Shown: in pieces, positions 46,401 to 59,606 of the stretch
Layout: each line of letters starts with the position of its first letter
How positions within the stretch are numbered: the first letter of the stretch is position 1
Assembly (NCBI RefSeq): GCF_020745735.1
Contig: NC_083424.1
Location: 48,718,999 to 48,782,998 of the forward strand
Source: Hemiscyllium ocellatum
Lineage: Eukaryota
Direction: 5' to 3'
DNA length: 64,000 nucleotides
Notes under the pieces: generated by a model
Told to the model about the DNA's origin: nothing
Seen by the model: only the letters and a program-made list of their open reading frames with translations
The model's database searches: none
Made by a program: the position numbers and the translations under genes

Positions 46401-46780
46401 ACATTAGGCTATTTAACTCATTAAGAGTCCATTGAGTTGGACGTGGCATTGGGATAATGGGTGCATTTACAGTATGGCAATCTGCAACTAGTGGAAGGAC
46501 CCAGCGATTAGTGTTGGAGCCATAGTCATTTACAATATACATTCATGACTTGGATGAGGACAGGGAATATACTTAGCCAAGATTGCAGATGACACAAAAA
46601 TATATGGAAATGCAAGTGATGAGAATGGCACAAAGAGTCTCAAAGATATATAGTCAGGTTAAGTGAGTAGGAAAACATTGGCAGATAGAATATAATATGG
46701 ACAAATGCGAGGTTATGCACTTTATATTGTAGAATAGAGGAATTGAATATTATTTAATTGGAGAAAGTAAAAGCAAAGTA
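43500..46780. mobile_element. Mosaic of CR1 fragments (plus 43500-45005, minus 45010-46120, plus 46120-46780)
   Basis: Minus ORFs 45474-45869 (EFNLDKCEVLHFG..LYRALVRPLLEY) and 45225-45437; plus-strand endonuclease/RT remnants on either side. Confidence 0.8.
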
Positions 46781-46974
46781 AAACCTCACAAGGTTCACTA
46801 ATGTCCTTTAGGGAAGGAAACTGCCATCCTTGCCTGGTCTGCCCTGCATGTGACTCCAGACACAGAGCAATGTGGTTGACTCTTAACTGCCCTCTGGGAT
46901 GGACAATAAATGTTGGCCTAGCCAGTGATTTCATCATCCCATGAATGAATAAAAACAAAGTCACTGTTGCAAAG

Positions 46975-47290
46975 TAGGAAACAGCTCCTAACTTATTTCT
47001 AACAAAGTCCCACACACTGCAACAGATTATGACCAGTCAATTTTTATTTAGTGCTACTTCAAGGCTAAATTTGGCCTTGGATACAAAGGAGAAATCCACT
47101 TGTCTTTGTAATGGTGCAAATTGGATATCTTCCTTCAAACTGAAATGGCAGATTGTTATTGTTTGGTTAAGAGTCTTATCCAAAAGTCAGAACATCTAGT
47201 AATACTGCCTTCCTTCAGTGTACCCTCAAGTCTTTGGAGTAGAGCTTGAACTCGACCTCCTTTCTCAAAGGAAAACAGCTACCAACTCAT
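46975..47290 (-). mobile_element. Decayed SacSINE1/Deu-domain-like SINE
   Basis: tRNA-like head on the minus strand (ctcaagtctttggagtagagcttgaactc..gctaccaact) with a Deu-like body; called from recall of the family only. Confidence 0.45.
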
Positions 47291-48649
47291 GAATGACTGA
47301 AACATTACTACACTCTGGTGCGTCTTAGGTATAAATTTTCAGTTCTGGAATCTCCACTTCAACTCCTCCCTCTCTTGACTTACAGAATTTGCTTGAGACT
47401 TAACACAGTCATCTGCTTATTTAACTCGATATTGATATTGACTAATTGCCTTTAGTCAAATTAGCTGTCTGCGTGACTTTAAGACAGCTTTTAAATACAA
47501 ATGTTTGTTATTGAAACAAAACAGTCCTAACATTTTATTTTGGAAATTCTGAATGACCCTGGAATAATTATTAGATACATCCAAGGGTTTTGCATCCTTT
47601 GTTTTCAGTCAGGCAGAGCAAAGTGAGTTTGTAAAGTGAAGTTCCCCTAAAGTGACGTTCCCCTATCACTGGAAATAAAATTTGCTTTTATTCTACACCC
47701 AAGTAAAAGCACCCACCATCTTTATGTATCCAATGACCAATTTAAAAATGCATGTCCTTATTTATGACCATTTTCAATGCACCCCATTCAGAATTAAAGC
47801 TGCTGTCCTTACCTGAAATATAACACATTGAAATGCTGATTGGGAGTTAGTATCAAAGATCCACTTGTCCTTGTTGATGCAAGATATTACAAATAGAATT
47901 CAATGAATGTTAACATTTGTAGGTTTATAGATCTTTAATGAGACCACTTTAAGTTCTGATTTTTGGATAGTGAAATATAGGGTGACAGTAACAGTTCAAC
48001 ACCCAGCTTCAGCACACAAGTGCTGAGAGTTGACTCCAATAGGATGACCATAACATCAATGAATTCCTCTGGTGTAAGTTACAGGGTAATGCATTACTTT
48101 CAGTTTCATGGGAAATCCAGAGTTAATGGGTTTTTTTTGCACATTTTCTCTCAATCTCCTGTCACAATTCAGTGAAACATTGACAGACACCTCAAAGACT
48201 ATTTTGACTAGTTGAGTGCAGTTCTGGACAGTTTTAGCTGAATCTACTCTAGGAGAATCACCTGGAATTCTTTCCCCAAGTATAATAGACTGTTCAAATA
48301 AATCACACAAAGTAGGGTGTGAGAAAACATTTGTTTTAAAATCTTGTTACCTAGCAAGATATTTTGAAATATTTAAAATTGATTTTCATATCTTATAGGC
48401 TTTTACTGCACTTTCTACATCTCTATTTTCAGAAAATGCTTAATTAAGAATAAACTCATTATTAATTTTAGGCAGTGGTTAGTGATTTTTTTTGCTAAAC
48501 TATTGCTGTAAATGGGGGGCAATTGTTAATTTTGGGAGATCTAAATGTTTGGGCGAGAGTTTGAATTATGGAGATATCAGTCTACTCAAAGAAATTGTCC
48601 AAACAGAACAATTGGAAAACATCCCAAATTATACAGCAAACATTACCGA

Positions 48650-49700
48650 GCATAGAATGATAGAGTCACAGACAGCATGGAAACAGATCCTCCAGTCTAA
48701 CTCATTCATGCTGACCAGGTATCCTACGTTAATCCAGTCCCATTTGCCACCATTTGGCTCATATACCTTTGCATCCTTTTTGTTCATATTACCATCCTGA
48801 TACCTTTTAAATGTTGTAACTGTACTAGCCTCCACCACTTTCACTGGCAGCTCATTCCATACACACACTACCCTCTGCATGAAGAAGCTTGCTCTTCAGT
48901 CCCTTTTAAATTTTTTTCCCTCTCACCTTAAACCAATGCCCTCTCATTTTGGACTCCGCTACCTGAGGGAAAAGACCCTATCTATTCACCCTATTGATGC
49001 TCTTGATGATTTTATAAATTTCTATAAGATGACCCTCAGCCTCAAACATTTCAGGGAAAATAACCCCAGCCAATTCAGCCTCACCCTCTAACCCAAAGCC
49101 TCCAAACTTGGCAACATCTTTGTAATCTTTTCTGAACCCTTTCAAGTTTCAAAACATCCAGCAGGGAGACCAGAACTGAATGCAGTGTACCAAAAGTGGC
49201 CTAGCTGTAACTTGACCTCCCAACTCCTGTACACAATGCACTGACCAATAAAGGCAAGTTTACCAAACATTTTCTTCACTAACCTGTCTACCTGAAACTC
49301 TACTTTCAAGGAACTATGAATCTGCACTCCAAGAGCTCTTTGCTCAGCAACTCTCTTCAGGAACTAACCATTAAGGGTATAAGCCCTGCCCTGATTTGCC
49401 TTTCCAAATGCAGCACCTCACATTTACCTAAATTAAACTTCATCTCCCACTCTGCCACCCCATCTGATGAAGATCTCATTGTACTCTAAGATACTCTACT
49501 TGGCTGTCAACTACACCAACAATTTTGGTGCATCTGCAAACTTATAAACTATACCTCCTACGTTCACATCCAAATCTTTAATATAAATGGCAAAAAGCAG
49601 TGGACCCAGCAGTGATGCTTGTGGCTCATCACTGGCCATAGGCCTCCAGTCTGAAAAGCAACCCTCCACCACCATCCTTGGAGCCCTTCTCCCTTGGAGC
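48650..49700 (-). mobile_element. CR1 3' fragment
   Basis: ORFs 49142-49327 (QIHSSLKVEFQVDRLVKK) and 48629-48880 (QRVVCVWNELP). Confidence 0.85.
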
Positions 49701-51237
49701 CAGTTCCCAGCAGGCTAAAATAAACTGCGACCTACTGGTTGCATTCTCCCACTAGGATCCTCTAGCATCCTACTCCATTACAGCCTTGTAATACCATGAA
49801 CACATCTGTTTATTTGAGCTTTGATGCCATCATTGCTGAAATCTCCGAAATACGTATGCCTTCGTACAGTTCAAGTGTCTCACACTCTCTCCCATTTTCT
49901 CCTCTCATTGCAAACCTATGACCCTCTTTAACGCAAACAAAATTCTGAAAATGCGCAATTGAAAACAGAAGGCGTTGAAATTATCAATAGGTCATGTACT
50001 TAGTCAAAGCCTGCTTTCTCCCATATAACATTTATGGCATTTCCAACAACCTCAATTTAAGCACATAATGGAAAGAAAGATAGCATTATCATTTCGGACG
50101 AGGTCATTAACCTGAAAAATCCTCCTTTCTCCGTATATGTCTGAACTGCCGAGTATTTGCGGTTTTCCCCCCTTTTGATTATGGAACATTTTATTTCCTT
50201 GTATCACCCCGTCTTCTTACCTAAATTGAGCATCAAAATCTTTACTTATCCCTCCTTTAAACGTTTCAACGTTGGCGCTGCTGCTTGATGGGTTTCAACT
50301 ATGGATGTGAAGCGCCTACACAAAAGATGGGCTCAAAACAGGCTCATCAGCTTTCCGAGATATTTAAATATATCCGGCTGCTGTAGCAGATGAGTTGGCA
50401 GTTTTTTTTTGGTGTTATCTCTGACACCCTCTTGGAATTGCACATCATCTCAGTATGATAACGAAACCTGCTAAATGGAATTCAAAACTTTGCAAACAAA
50501 ACCCAGGCAGCAGTTGCCTTTGCTGTAATTCTGCAGTTAAAATGCCCTTCCTTCGGCAGAGTGTAAATTAAATGCTCTCACCACATGATCTCTGAGGCCG
50601 GGCGAATTTCGATTTCACTAATACAAATGGAATAACATTCATCAAAATAAAATAAAGTCTCTTGGAGATAAACACTACTTTCACTGAAGATACGTAGACT
50701 TCCTTTCTGTTACAATTATTGTCAAACAATGCACATTTTCGTACAGTGTATCCAACTCAAACTTTGGAATAGTCTAGACGTCTCCTGAAAAAATCATATC
50801 TTCTGCTCCCTTGAATGGTTCACTATGTCTTTCAGGAAAAGATGCCTATGACTCTTAACAATATTTCAGTCTCATAGTTGCATAGTTACCTTCTGATATG
50901 GCCGAGCCAGTTATTCAATTATATCAAACTAGTACAGAAACTCGATTAAGAACTTCACACACACGCACACACACGCACACCCAGTCCAAGTAGAACTGTG
51001 AGTATACCGACACAATACATGAACTGCAGACATTAAAGAAGACAATTCATCATCATCCCATCAAGGGCAATAAGTAGCCAACAATATCCACATCCTGTGG
51101 AAGAATTATTTTTAAGAAGCCCAGTAGTGTTGAAACAAGTTCCTAGGGCTAGTGCAACTAACCTATACATCCTGAACACTATGAGCAATTTAACATGGTC
51201 CCTCCACCCACCTTGCACATATTTGGACTGCACTTCT

Positions 51238-51625
51238 ACATAGAACATAGAATAGTACAACACAGTACCGGCTCTTTGGCCCTTGATGTTGTGCCGAATG
51301 TTATCCTACTCTAAGATCAAACTAACCTACATACTCTTCACTGTATATCCTCCATGTTCCTATCCGAGAGTCACTAAATGTCCTTAATGTCTCTGCCTCT
51401 CCTACCACTGCTAGCAATCATTCCATGCACACACCACTCTCTGCGTAAAAAACCTACCTCTGACACCTCCCCTAAAACTTCCTCCAATCACCTTAAAATT
51501 ATGCCCCCTCATGATAGCCATTTCTGCCCTGGGAAAAAGTCTCTGGCTATCCACTCCGTGCATGCTGCTCATCATCCTGTACACCTCTATCAAGTCACCT
51601 CTCATCCTTCTTCGCTCCAAGAATC
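51238..51625 (-). mobile_element. CR1 3' end
   Basis: ORF 51411-51620 ERRRMRGDLIEVYR..FFTQRVVCAWN; tail catagaacatagaa. Confidence 0.85.
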
Positions 51626-53552
51626 ATTTGAGAATAAGAGCAGTATTTAATCAAGTAAGTAATGGATGAAAGACACAGGAAGATGACATTAGAAAATTGT
51701 GCTTAATAAAACATAATAAAATACATTTCATTCAAGTCTGCTCCACAATTATATGTAATCATAGTTACTCCTCTGACTCACCTCAATTCTCCTGCCCATA
51801 TCCTTTGATTCCCTGAATGGCTTAAATTGGTCTATCCCACCTTAAATATACTCAACAATGGATCATGAACAACCCCCTGGGGTAGAGAAATCTAAAGGTT
51901 CACAAGCTTATGACCGAAGAAATTTCTTCTTGTCTCCACTCTAAATGATTGCACAATTAACATTAAACTCTGCCGCTGTGTTCTGGATGCCCCAGCTTGA
52001 GAAAGTAACCACTTAATATCGACTATATCAAGTTCCTGCAATAAAGCACTCTGCCAAATGACTTTGATAATCTTCTCAGGGAAGCAGCGATAGGATAAGC
52101 CCACTTCTTTGCCCATAGGTTCTTGAGGACACTACCAGCCATCCACTGCCTAATGGACTAGTGGCAGAGCATTCTGGATTTTGACCCAATTTGAAGCACC
52201 AATCAAATTGTGAGAATTCACATCTGTCCAGGAATATATTTACATAACTGTTTGTAATAACTCACATGTGCAGACTGTGACATTAGAAGAAACCTTCTTA
52301 TAACAATAAATTGCGTAAATTGAGGTTGTTGGAAATGCCATAAATGTTATATTGAAGAAAGCTGGCTTTGACTAAGTACATGAAATATAAGGGTAGATGG
52401 CATTATCTGTATGGTGAACTTTGTTGCACTCTTTCTATGGTAAGTACCTTTCTGTTTTCTAGAAGAGATCTCAACAAGTTTCTGTACAATTACGGAAATT
52501 TACCTTTATTCTTTTTCCAGTTCTCTTGCAATAAAGAACCTTTCAAAAGTGGCCTTCCTAATTCTTTGCTATACCAGCCAGTTAGCTTTCAGTGACTTAT
52601 GAGCGAAGACACCTAGACTCCTTTGGATGTTTACATATCTCAGTCCTCCACCATTTTAGAACTATTCGGTGCCTCTGTTCTTTCTAGCATAGTGGATAAT
52701 CTCACATTTATATTCAATCTGCCATGTTTCTGATCTTTCTGTTAACCTGTCCAAATCCCATTGAAATATCTTTGTAACCTCATCATAACTCGCTTTCCCA
52801 CATGGCTTGAGTCATCAGCAAATTTGGAAAATTTATCCCCACACCCAAATCATTCATACAAGTTGGGGACAGTTGTGGCCCAAGCAGAGATTTTTGTGGT
52901 GCAGCACTCATCACAGCCTGCCAATGTTAGATTTTCCTATTCTCTGCTTCTGTCCATTAATTAATTCTCAGTCCATGCTAGTGTATTGCCTATAATTCCT
53001 TGCAGTATAATTTTGTTTTCAAACTACTTGAGTAGGATGTTGTCAAAAGCCTTTCCAAAATCCAAGTAAAGCACATTCATTGGTGCCCTCCTTTATCTGT
53101 TCTGTTAAATATGTCCTCAAATAAAAGCTCAAAAAGCTTTGTTGAATATGTCTCCCCTTTTATAAATCCATGTTGAATTCACCTAGTTTTATGATTATTT
53201 CTAAGTGATCAATTATCAGTTGTAGAATAGATTTCTCTACGGATGATGATAGACAAAAGTTATGTAGTTTGCCATTTTTCTGTTTCCTTCTTTCTTAGAT
53301 AAAGTGGTTACATTTGATATTTTTCAATCTGCAGGAAAAAATTCCAGAATCTATAACATTTTGGAAGATGAAAATCATCCATTATCGTGATAGAGACCTT
53401 TTCCCACACTCTTGGATGTACACCATCATGTCCTTGGGAAGATACCATATTTCAATCCTATTAATTTCTCTAGTGTTACTTTCTTACTAATACAAATTTC
53501 TTTCCAGTCCTCATACTTGCTAATCCCTTGTTTTCCTAGTAGTCTGGAAGGT

Positions 53553-53875
53553 TTAGACTTAGACTTAGACTTAGACTTACAGTGTGGAAACAGGCCCTTC
53601 GGCCCAACAAGTCCACACCGACCCGCCGAAGCGCAACCCACCCATACCCCTACATTTACCCCTTACCTATCACTACGGGCAATTTAGCTTGGCCAATTCA
53701 CCTGACCCGCACATCTTTGGACTGTGGGAGGAAACCGGAGCACCCGGAGGAAACCCACGCAGACACGGGGAGAACGTGCAAACTCCACACAGTCAGTCGC
53801 CTGAGTCGGGAATTGAACCCAGGTCTACAGGCGCTGTGAGGCAGCAGTGCTAACCACTGTGCCACCGTGCCGCCC
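53553..53875 (-). mobile_element. Full-length young HE1-type (V-domain, tRNA-derived) SINE with (AAGTCT)n tail
   Basis: Minus strand starts GGGCGGCACGGTGGCACAGTGGTTAGCACTGCTG (A box) ..GGGTTCAATTCCCG (B box), then central domain, CR1-derived 3' end and tandem tail; CpGs retained. Confidence 0.93.
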
Positions 53876-54439
53876 TAGGTTGTACTGAATCTTCCTCTGT
53901 GAAGACATGCACAATGTTTTTGTGTAGCTTCTCTGCCATTTCTTTATTCCCATAGTAAATTCTCATCTTTAACTATATGGACACACATTTGTCGTTGTTA
54001 ATCTTTTTCAATTTACATAAGTAGGCATACTTTAACAGCCCATTTTTATATCTTTACTAATTTAATTTCATACTTCATTTTCTGTTTCTTTATCAGCTTC
54101 CTGGCCTTCTTTTGCCAAGCTCTAAACTGTATCTCAGCAGATACAGCTAATATATATTATGGTACAATAGTTTCATAGGAAAATAGAATTGTAGGAGTAT
54201 TCCTGGTGGCATCATTAGTATTGTGATGTGCTACAGAAGTAATGAAAAGCAATGACAAGAAACCAGAGTTTAGAAGGTGTGGAATTGTTATAATTGTTCT
54301 ATTCTCCCGGGCTGAAATTAGCATTGTTCTCAAGATAAGAGATGAGGGCAAACACAAATCTTTCTCACCTTATAAGGAAATAGACATACCAATGAATTCA
54401 AATTTTTAGAAGTTGGCAATTACAAAAAGGCATCGAAAT

Positions 54440-57400
54440 TTGCATAAAAATATCTAGATTAGAAGCAGATGTAGGCCACTCGAGTCTGCTGTGCCATTTA
54501 AAAAGTTCCTGACAGATCTGTTTGTGTTTTGAATTCCATATTCCCAAATAGCCTGGCAATACTTGATTCCTTTGACTAATATTTATTTCCACCTTAAAAG
54601 TATTCAATGACTCTGCATCCACTGATGTCTGAGACAGATTTCCAAAGTCACACAATATTGTCTGAAATGGGTAACCCATAATTTCTAAACCGTGCTCCCT
54701 ATTTCTCAGTAATCCACAAGAGAAAACACCGTTCCCATGTCCACCTTGGCAAGACCATCCAGAATCTTATGCAAATAATCAGGTCAGTCCGCTCTCTTCT
54801 CAACTCCAGTGAATACAACCCCAGTCTGCCCAACCTTCCTTCAGAAGTCAATTTGCTTATTCGAGGTATCAATCTGGTAAACCTTCCCTGAATCACTTCC
54901 AATGCATGTATATCCTTCCTTAAATAATGAGAGAAATACACAGATAGTGTTTGAAATGTGGCCCCATCAAAGCCCTATATAATTGAGGCATAACATCCTT
55001 ACCTTATATTAAATTCCTTTCATAATAACAATTAGCATTCCATTAGACTCCTTAATTACTTGCTGGACCTGCAAACTAACATTTTTGTGACCCACCAAAG
55101 ATCATGATTTAGATCCCTCTGCACCTCAGAATTTTGTTGTTGTTCTCAGTTTAAATTGAAACTCAACTTTTTTAGTCTTGATATCCAAGTGAACAATTTC
55201 ATATACACCTACATTATATTCCATCTGCCCACTTATCCTGTCACCAAAATCCATTGGTGCACCCTCCTTAAGTCCTCTGCACAAAACATTTTCCTATATA
55301 TCTTTGTGTCATCTGCAAATTTAGCTTTACTTCCATCATCTTAGGCATTGATATAAATTGCAAAGACACTAAGGCTCCAGCACAGGTCCCACTGCTTGCA
55401 TTGTGTCAATCAGAACAAGATTGACTTTTGCATACTCCGCATATTGCCAGCTAGCTTATCATCCATGCCTAGTGTGTGCAATAACCCTTTCTGTGGAACC
55501 TGTCAAATGTCTTCTGCAAATTGAAATACAGTAGATATTCTGGTTCCTTTTTACCCACTTTCAAAGAACACCAGCAGGCTTGTTAAACTTGATTTCCCTT
55601 TCACAAAACCATGCTGACCATTCTTGAGTTTTTCAAGGCATCTAACTGTATCCTCCTTAGTAATCAATTTTATCACCATGACAGATATCAAGCTAACTTA
55701 CCTTTGGTTGCTTTTTTTCTGCTTTTATTCCTTCTTCAATAGTGGAGTGATATTTGTAAATTTCCAGTGTTGACTATGGACTGACAATGAGAAAACGGGA
55801 CACTATTTTAAAAAGGAATTAATGTACAATGCGTTGTGTGCAATTTTGTAAAATCAAATGAGATTAACTGGTGCATATGAAGCGTACTGCTTTTGGCAAA
55901 ATTTGTTGTGGGCTCAAGAGAAGTCAGCATAGCTGATTAATTTATTGATCCTCTGATTAACGGTGCTGCAAACTCTTTGGGTGGAGTGAATCAAACAGGA
56001 AAGAGCAAAGAGATCCCTGCATTTGTTGGATTCTAAAATTGATATCTCTGATTTTCTGTCTAAAAAGCAGTAAGGTTACATTTGAGAGAACTGAGGGAAA
56101 TGATTCTCAAACCTCAATGAGAACCAAAAAGTCTCCAGGTCAAACTATGCAAGCAGTGAACTAAAAACTGACCATCGCTGTGCAGATAACATTGAGTAAT
56201 TATCAAGGAATTGAAGAACGGGAAACCAACACACCTAATTTTGTGGTTTCGGATTGTTGATACTGTCCTCTTACTATGTTTTTCCATCCACTCATAATTT
56301 TTGTGGTGTGTGTGTGTGTGTGTGTGTGATAATTTTAAAAGACCTAAAGTCCAAGCTACATAAATTAGAAATCTTGTCCTTTTACCAGTATTGTTAAAAG
56401 TTAAATGTGCTGCAATAAAAGGTTAGGGCTTTATTTTCCTGTTACAAAATAAATCTGGCATAGTTTGCTTTTACCATGTGTAGCTGTCAGTCAAAGGCAA
56501 ATTGGGATTTTCACAAGCTTCATTAATTCTTCCCATTTATCATGTGTCCAGGAATGGTTGAGCATGACTGTCAACCTCAGTGAACCATGACACCAGTCTG
56601 ATGAGACCTTGCCTGAATCTAGCACATATTGGAAAATTAAGACCAACACATCTACTAACCACTCAGTTACCTTTTTAAGACCCCGGGATATAATGCATTA
56701 ATACCCAGGGCCTTGTCAGTCTGCAGCTCCAGTAACTTGTTCAGTTCCACTTTCCGAGTATTTGTAATTTCACTAAATTTCTCAGTCTGTTCCACCTCCT
56801 GATCTGTAACTATTACTGGAATTCCTTTTATATCCTCTATAGTGAAGACACAAGCAAAATATTTCATTTGTCATTTCTTTTTCGTCTGCTTTAACTCCCC
56901 ATTCTTACACTCCAGAGGATTAACATGCACTTTTCTTAGTTTTTTGAATACCTGTTAGAACTCTTGCTATCCATTTTAAATTGCTCACTAGTTTCTTCCC
57001 ATTATTGTTACTAAATACTAATATAGCCCTTCTGTGCTGTCCTTTATATTTTTCCCAATCATCAAACTTGCTGCTCATCTTTGGACAATTAGATGCTTTT
57101 CATGAAGTTTAATGTTTTCTTTCACTTCTTTAGATAACTGTGAGTAAGTCTTCCTCTTATAATTTTTCTTTATAGTTGGAGCATATTTATTCTGACTATT
57201 CTGAAATATCCACTTAAATGTCTGCCACTACTCTTCCATCAATCTGTCACCAAATGCACTTCAGCTAGCTTAGCTTTCAGGCCCAAACAGTTAACCATAT
57301 TTAAATTTAAAATACTAGACTTCAGCTCATTCTTTTCCCTCCAGAAGGTGGATCTCAAATTTACTCACATTGCGGTCACTGTCTACTACAAACATCTCTA

Positions 57401-57700
57401 TGGTTAGTCCCAGAACATGCTGCTCTAAGAAATTATTTCAAAAACGAACTCCTCATCCTGGCTACAATCGTAAGTATGTTTTTTCAAGTTTACATATGGA
57501 TTAACATCACTTACGATTATTGCCATCCCTTTATCTCAAGCACCTAATACCTCTTTTTGTCCACTACATCCTATGTTGTGCTCATTGTTAGTAGTATTTT
57601 GCTAGTGACTTCTTTCTTCTACTATTTATCATCTGCATCCAAACTAATTTGACATCCTGATTGCCTGAATCAAAATCATGCTTAATTATTTCATAAATGC
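54440..57700 (-). mobile_element. Highly decayed CR1 fragments (54440-55760, 56500-57700)
   Basis: ORF 54699-54941 (YLRKDIHALEVIQGRFTRLIP..LYSLE) and ORF 56667-56867 (KYFACVFTIED); tcatctgcaaat (FADD antisense) at 55309. Confidence 0.6.
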
Positions 57701-58522
57701 TATCAATGGCTAGTGTTGCAACCCTCTATCTTTATTTAGTCACCCATTTTTCTAGAATGTCATACGTCCCTCAATTTACCGCCCAACCCTTATCATTGTG
57801 CAGCCACATCTCCATATGGCTATCTTGTCATTTTTTTTACCTCAATGCATGCTATGTGTACTATGCTCATTCAGATACCAATGCCTTTAGCTTTGTCTTT
57901 TTGATATCGTTGTAAAACCTAGTCTTGACTGCTGCTGTATTGTTAGGTTTATTCATTCTGTCTCTCACTATCATTCCCTGACTTTCAATTTCCCATATTA
58001 CTACTTTGCTCTCCTGCCCTGACAACACTCCATGACGTATTTCATCTATCCATGCTTTATTATGAGGACCAATATTTACTTTAAAGCTCACATTATTTAT
58101 GGGACTTGACAAAATAGCTGTGGAATGATTGTGCAAGAGCTTAAGATCAGATAAGCTCAGAATAAGGGGTCACAAATTTAAGATAGAGATGAGGAGAAAT
58201 GAGTTCTCTGAGCAAATTCTTTACCTTTGAGGGCTGTTGAAGCAGAATCATTAAGTACACCAAGGCTGACATGAAGACAATTTTCTTAACCAGTAAGGGA
58301 AACAGTGGAGTCGAAGGTGATCAGATGAGACATGATTTCAACGAATGGTAGAGCAAATTTGATGGGCTGAATGGCGTTTTTCAACTCTTATGTTACATGG
58401 TCTTTCCTTTTGCTACAAACCTTTTCACCCTTAGAATTAATAAATTTTGAGACATCCTCGAGATATTCCTTCAGGATGACTTGTTGAGCCTTGAGATACA
58501 CCTATGCCATCATATTTTCTGA

Positions 58523-59323
58523 GATCTGGAAGAATATATCTGCATGTACAACTGGGGGCCTCTGCTGAAGATAGAGAGATTTGGAATTATTCTCCATAAC
58601 TGCAGGATCCTTGGTTTGTATTTTGCTGTTTTGAGACGAGGGTGGGGTGGCATTTCTAACTCATTGTGTTTCCCTCAGATTGTAATACGCATATGTACCA
58701 GTGAAGCATCAAAATCGATGGGCAGGAAATTCTGAAGCTTAGCAAGAGCTTCCATCTCGAACATCCAGGTACCATATTTAAAAGGATAGCACTGCGCTCT
58801 CCTGAAGGCTGCCAAGGAGAGAATTGAAGTTCTTTTCTTAAGCATCGGTAAGAAGAAGTCAACCTGATTGATGAACACAGTCTGGATAGAGGGGACTGCA
58901 CGTCAGTGCCTGTGGGCAGACGATGAAAACATAGCTACAGCATCACAAGAGGACAGCTTATCAGTTTTCGTCTGCCAGGGTATGTACTGTTGTTTTCTTA
59001 ATGTTCCATGTCTCCATGCGTGTTAGCTAATCATCTCCATCAGACGCCACACATACAATCAATGCCTGTTACCAATGCCTGGATGTTCGAGCTGGAAGCT
59101 CTTGCTAAGCTTCAGACTTTCCTGCCCATCGATTTTGATGCTTCACTGCTACATAATGGTACTACGATCTGAGGAAACACAATGAGTTAGAAATGCCACC
59201 CCACTCTCATCTCAAAACAGCAAAATACAAACCCAAAATCCTGCAATCATGGAGAATAATTCCAAATCTCTCTATCTTCAGCAGAGGCCCCCAGTTGTAC
59301 ATTAAAATATATTCTTCCAGATC
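58523..59323. repeat. Inverted repeat: 247-bp arms, 308-bp spacer
   Basis: 58523-58769 versus 59078-59323: 18 substitutions and 1 indel by manual alignment. Confidence 0.92.
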
Positions 59324-59559
59324 CCACAGTGGTACAGCCTCTCATATATCTGCCAGGATTCCCACTTAAAACATAAAAGGAGCTACAATGCTCAACACTC
59401 TAAGCTCTGTCTAGGTATTTTAGGTGTTGGAGGTGATTTCCTCAAATTCCAGGAGCAGTAATTTCAGTTTTATAAGCTGTTGCATTGTTTTGGGACTCTG
59501 GGGAATAACAGATCAAAACAACAACACTTTGAAAAGGATGAAGAGAACAAAGGTAGCGA

Positions 59560-59568
59560 CCACTTGCT

Positions 59569-59606
<38 letters not shown>

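Noticed and set aside
53800-53875. tRNA gene
   Set aside because: The A/B boxes belong to a SINE head that continues into a SINE body and tail; it does not end as a cloverleaf with a terminator.
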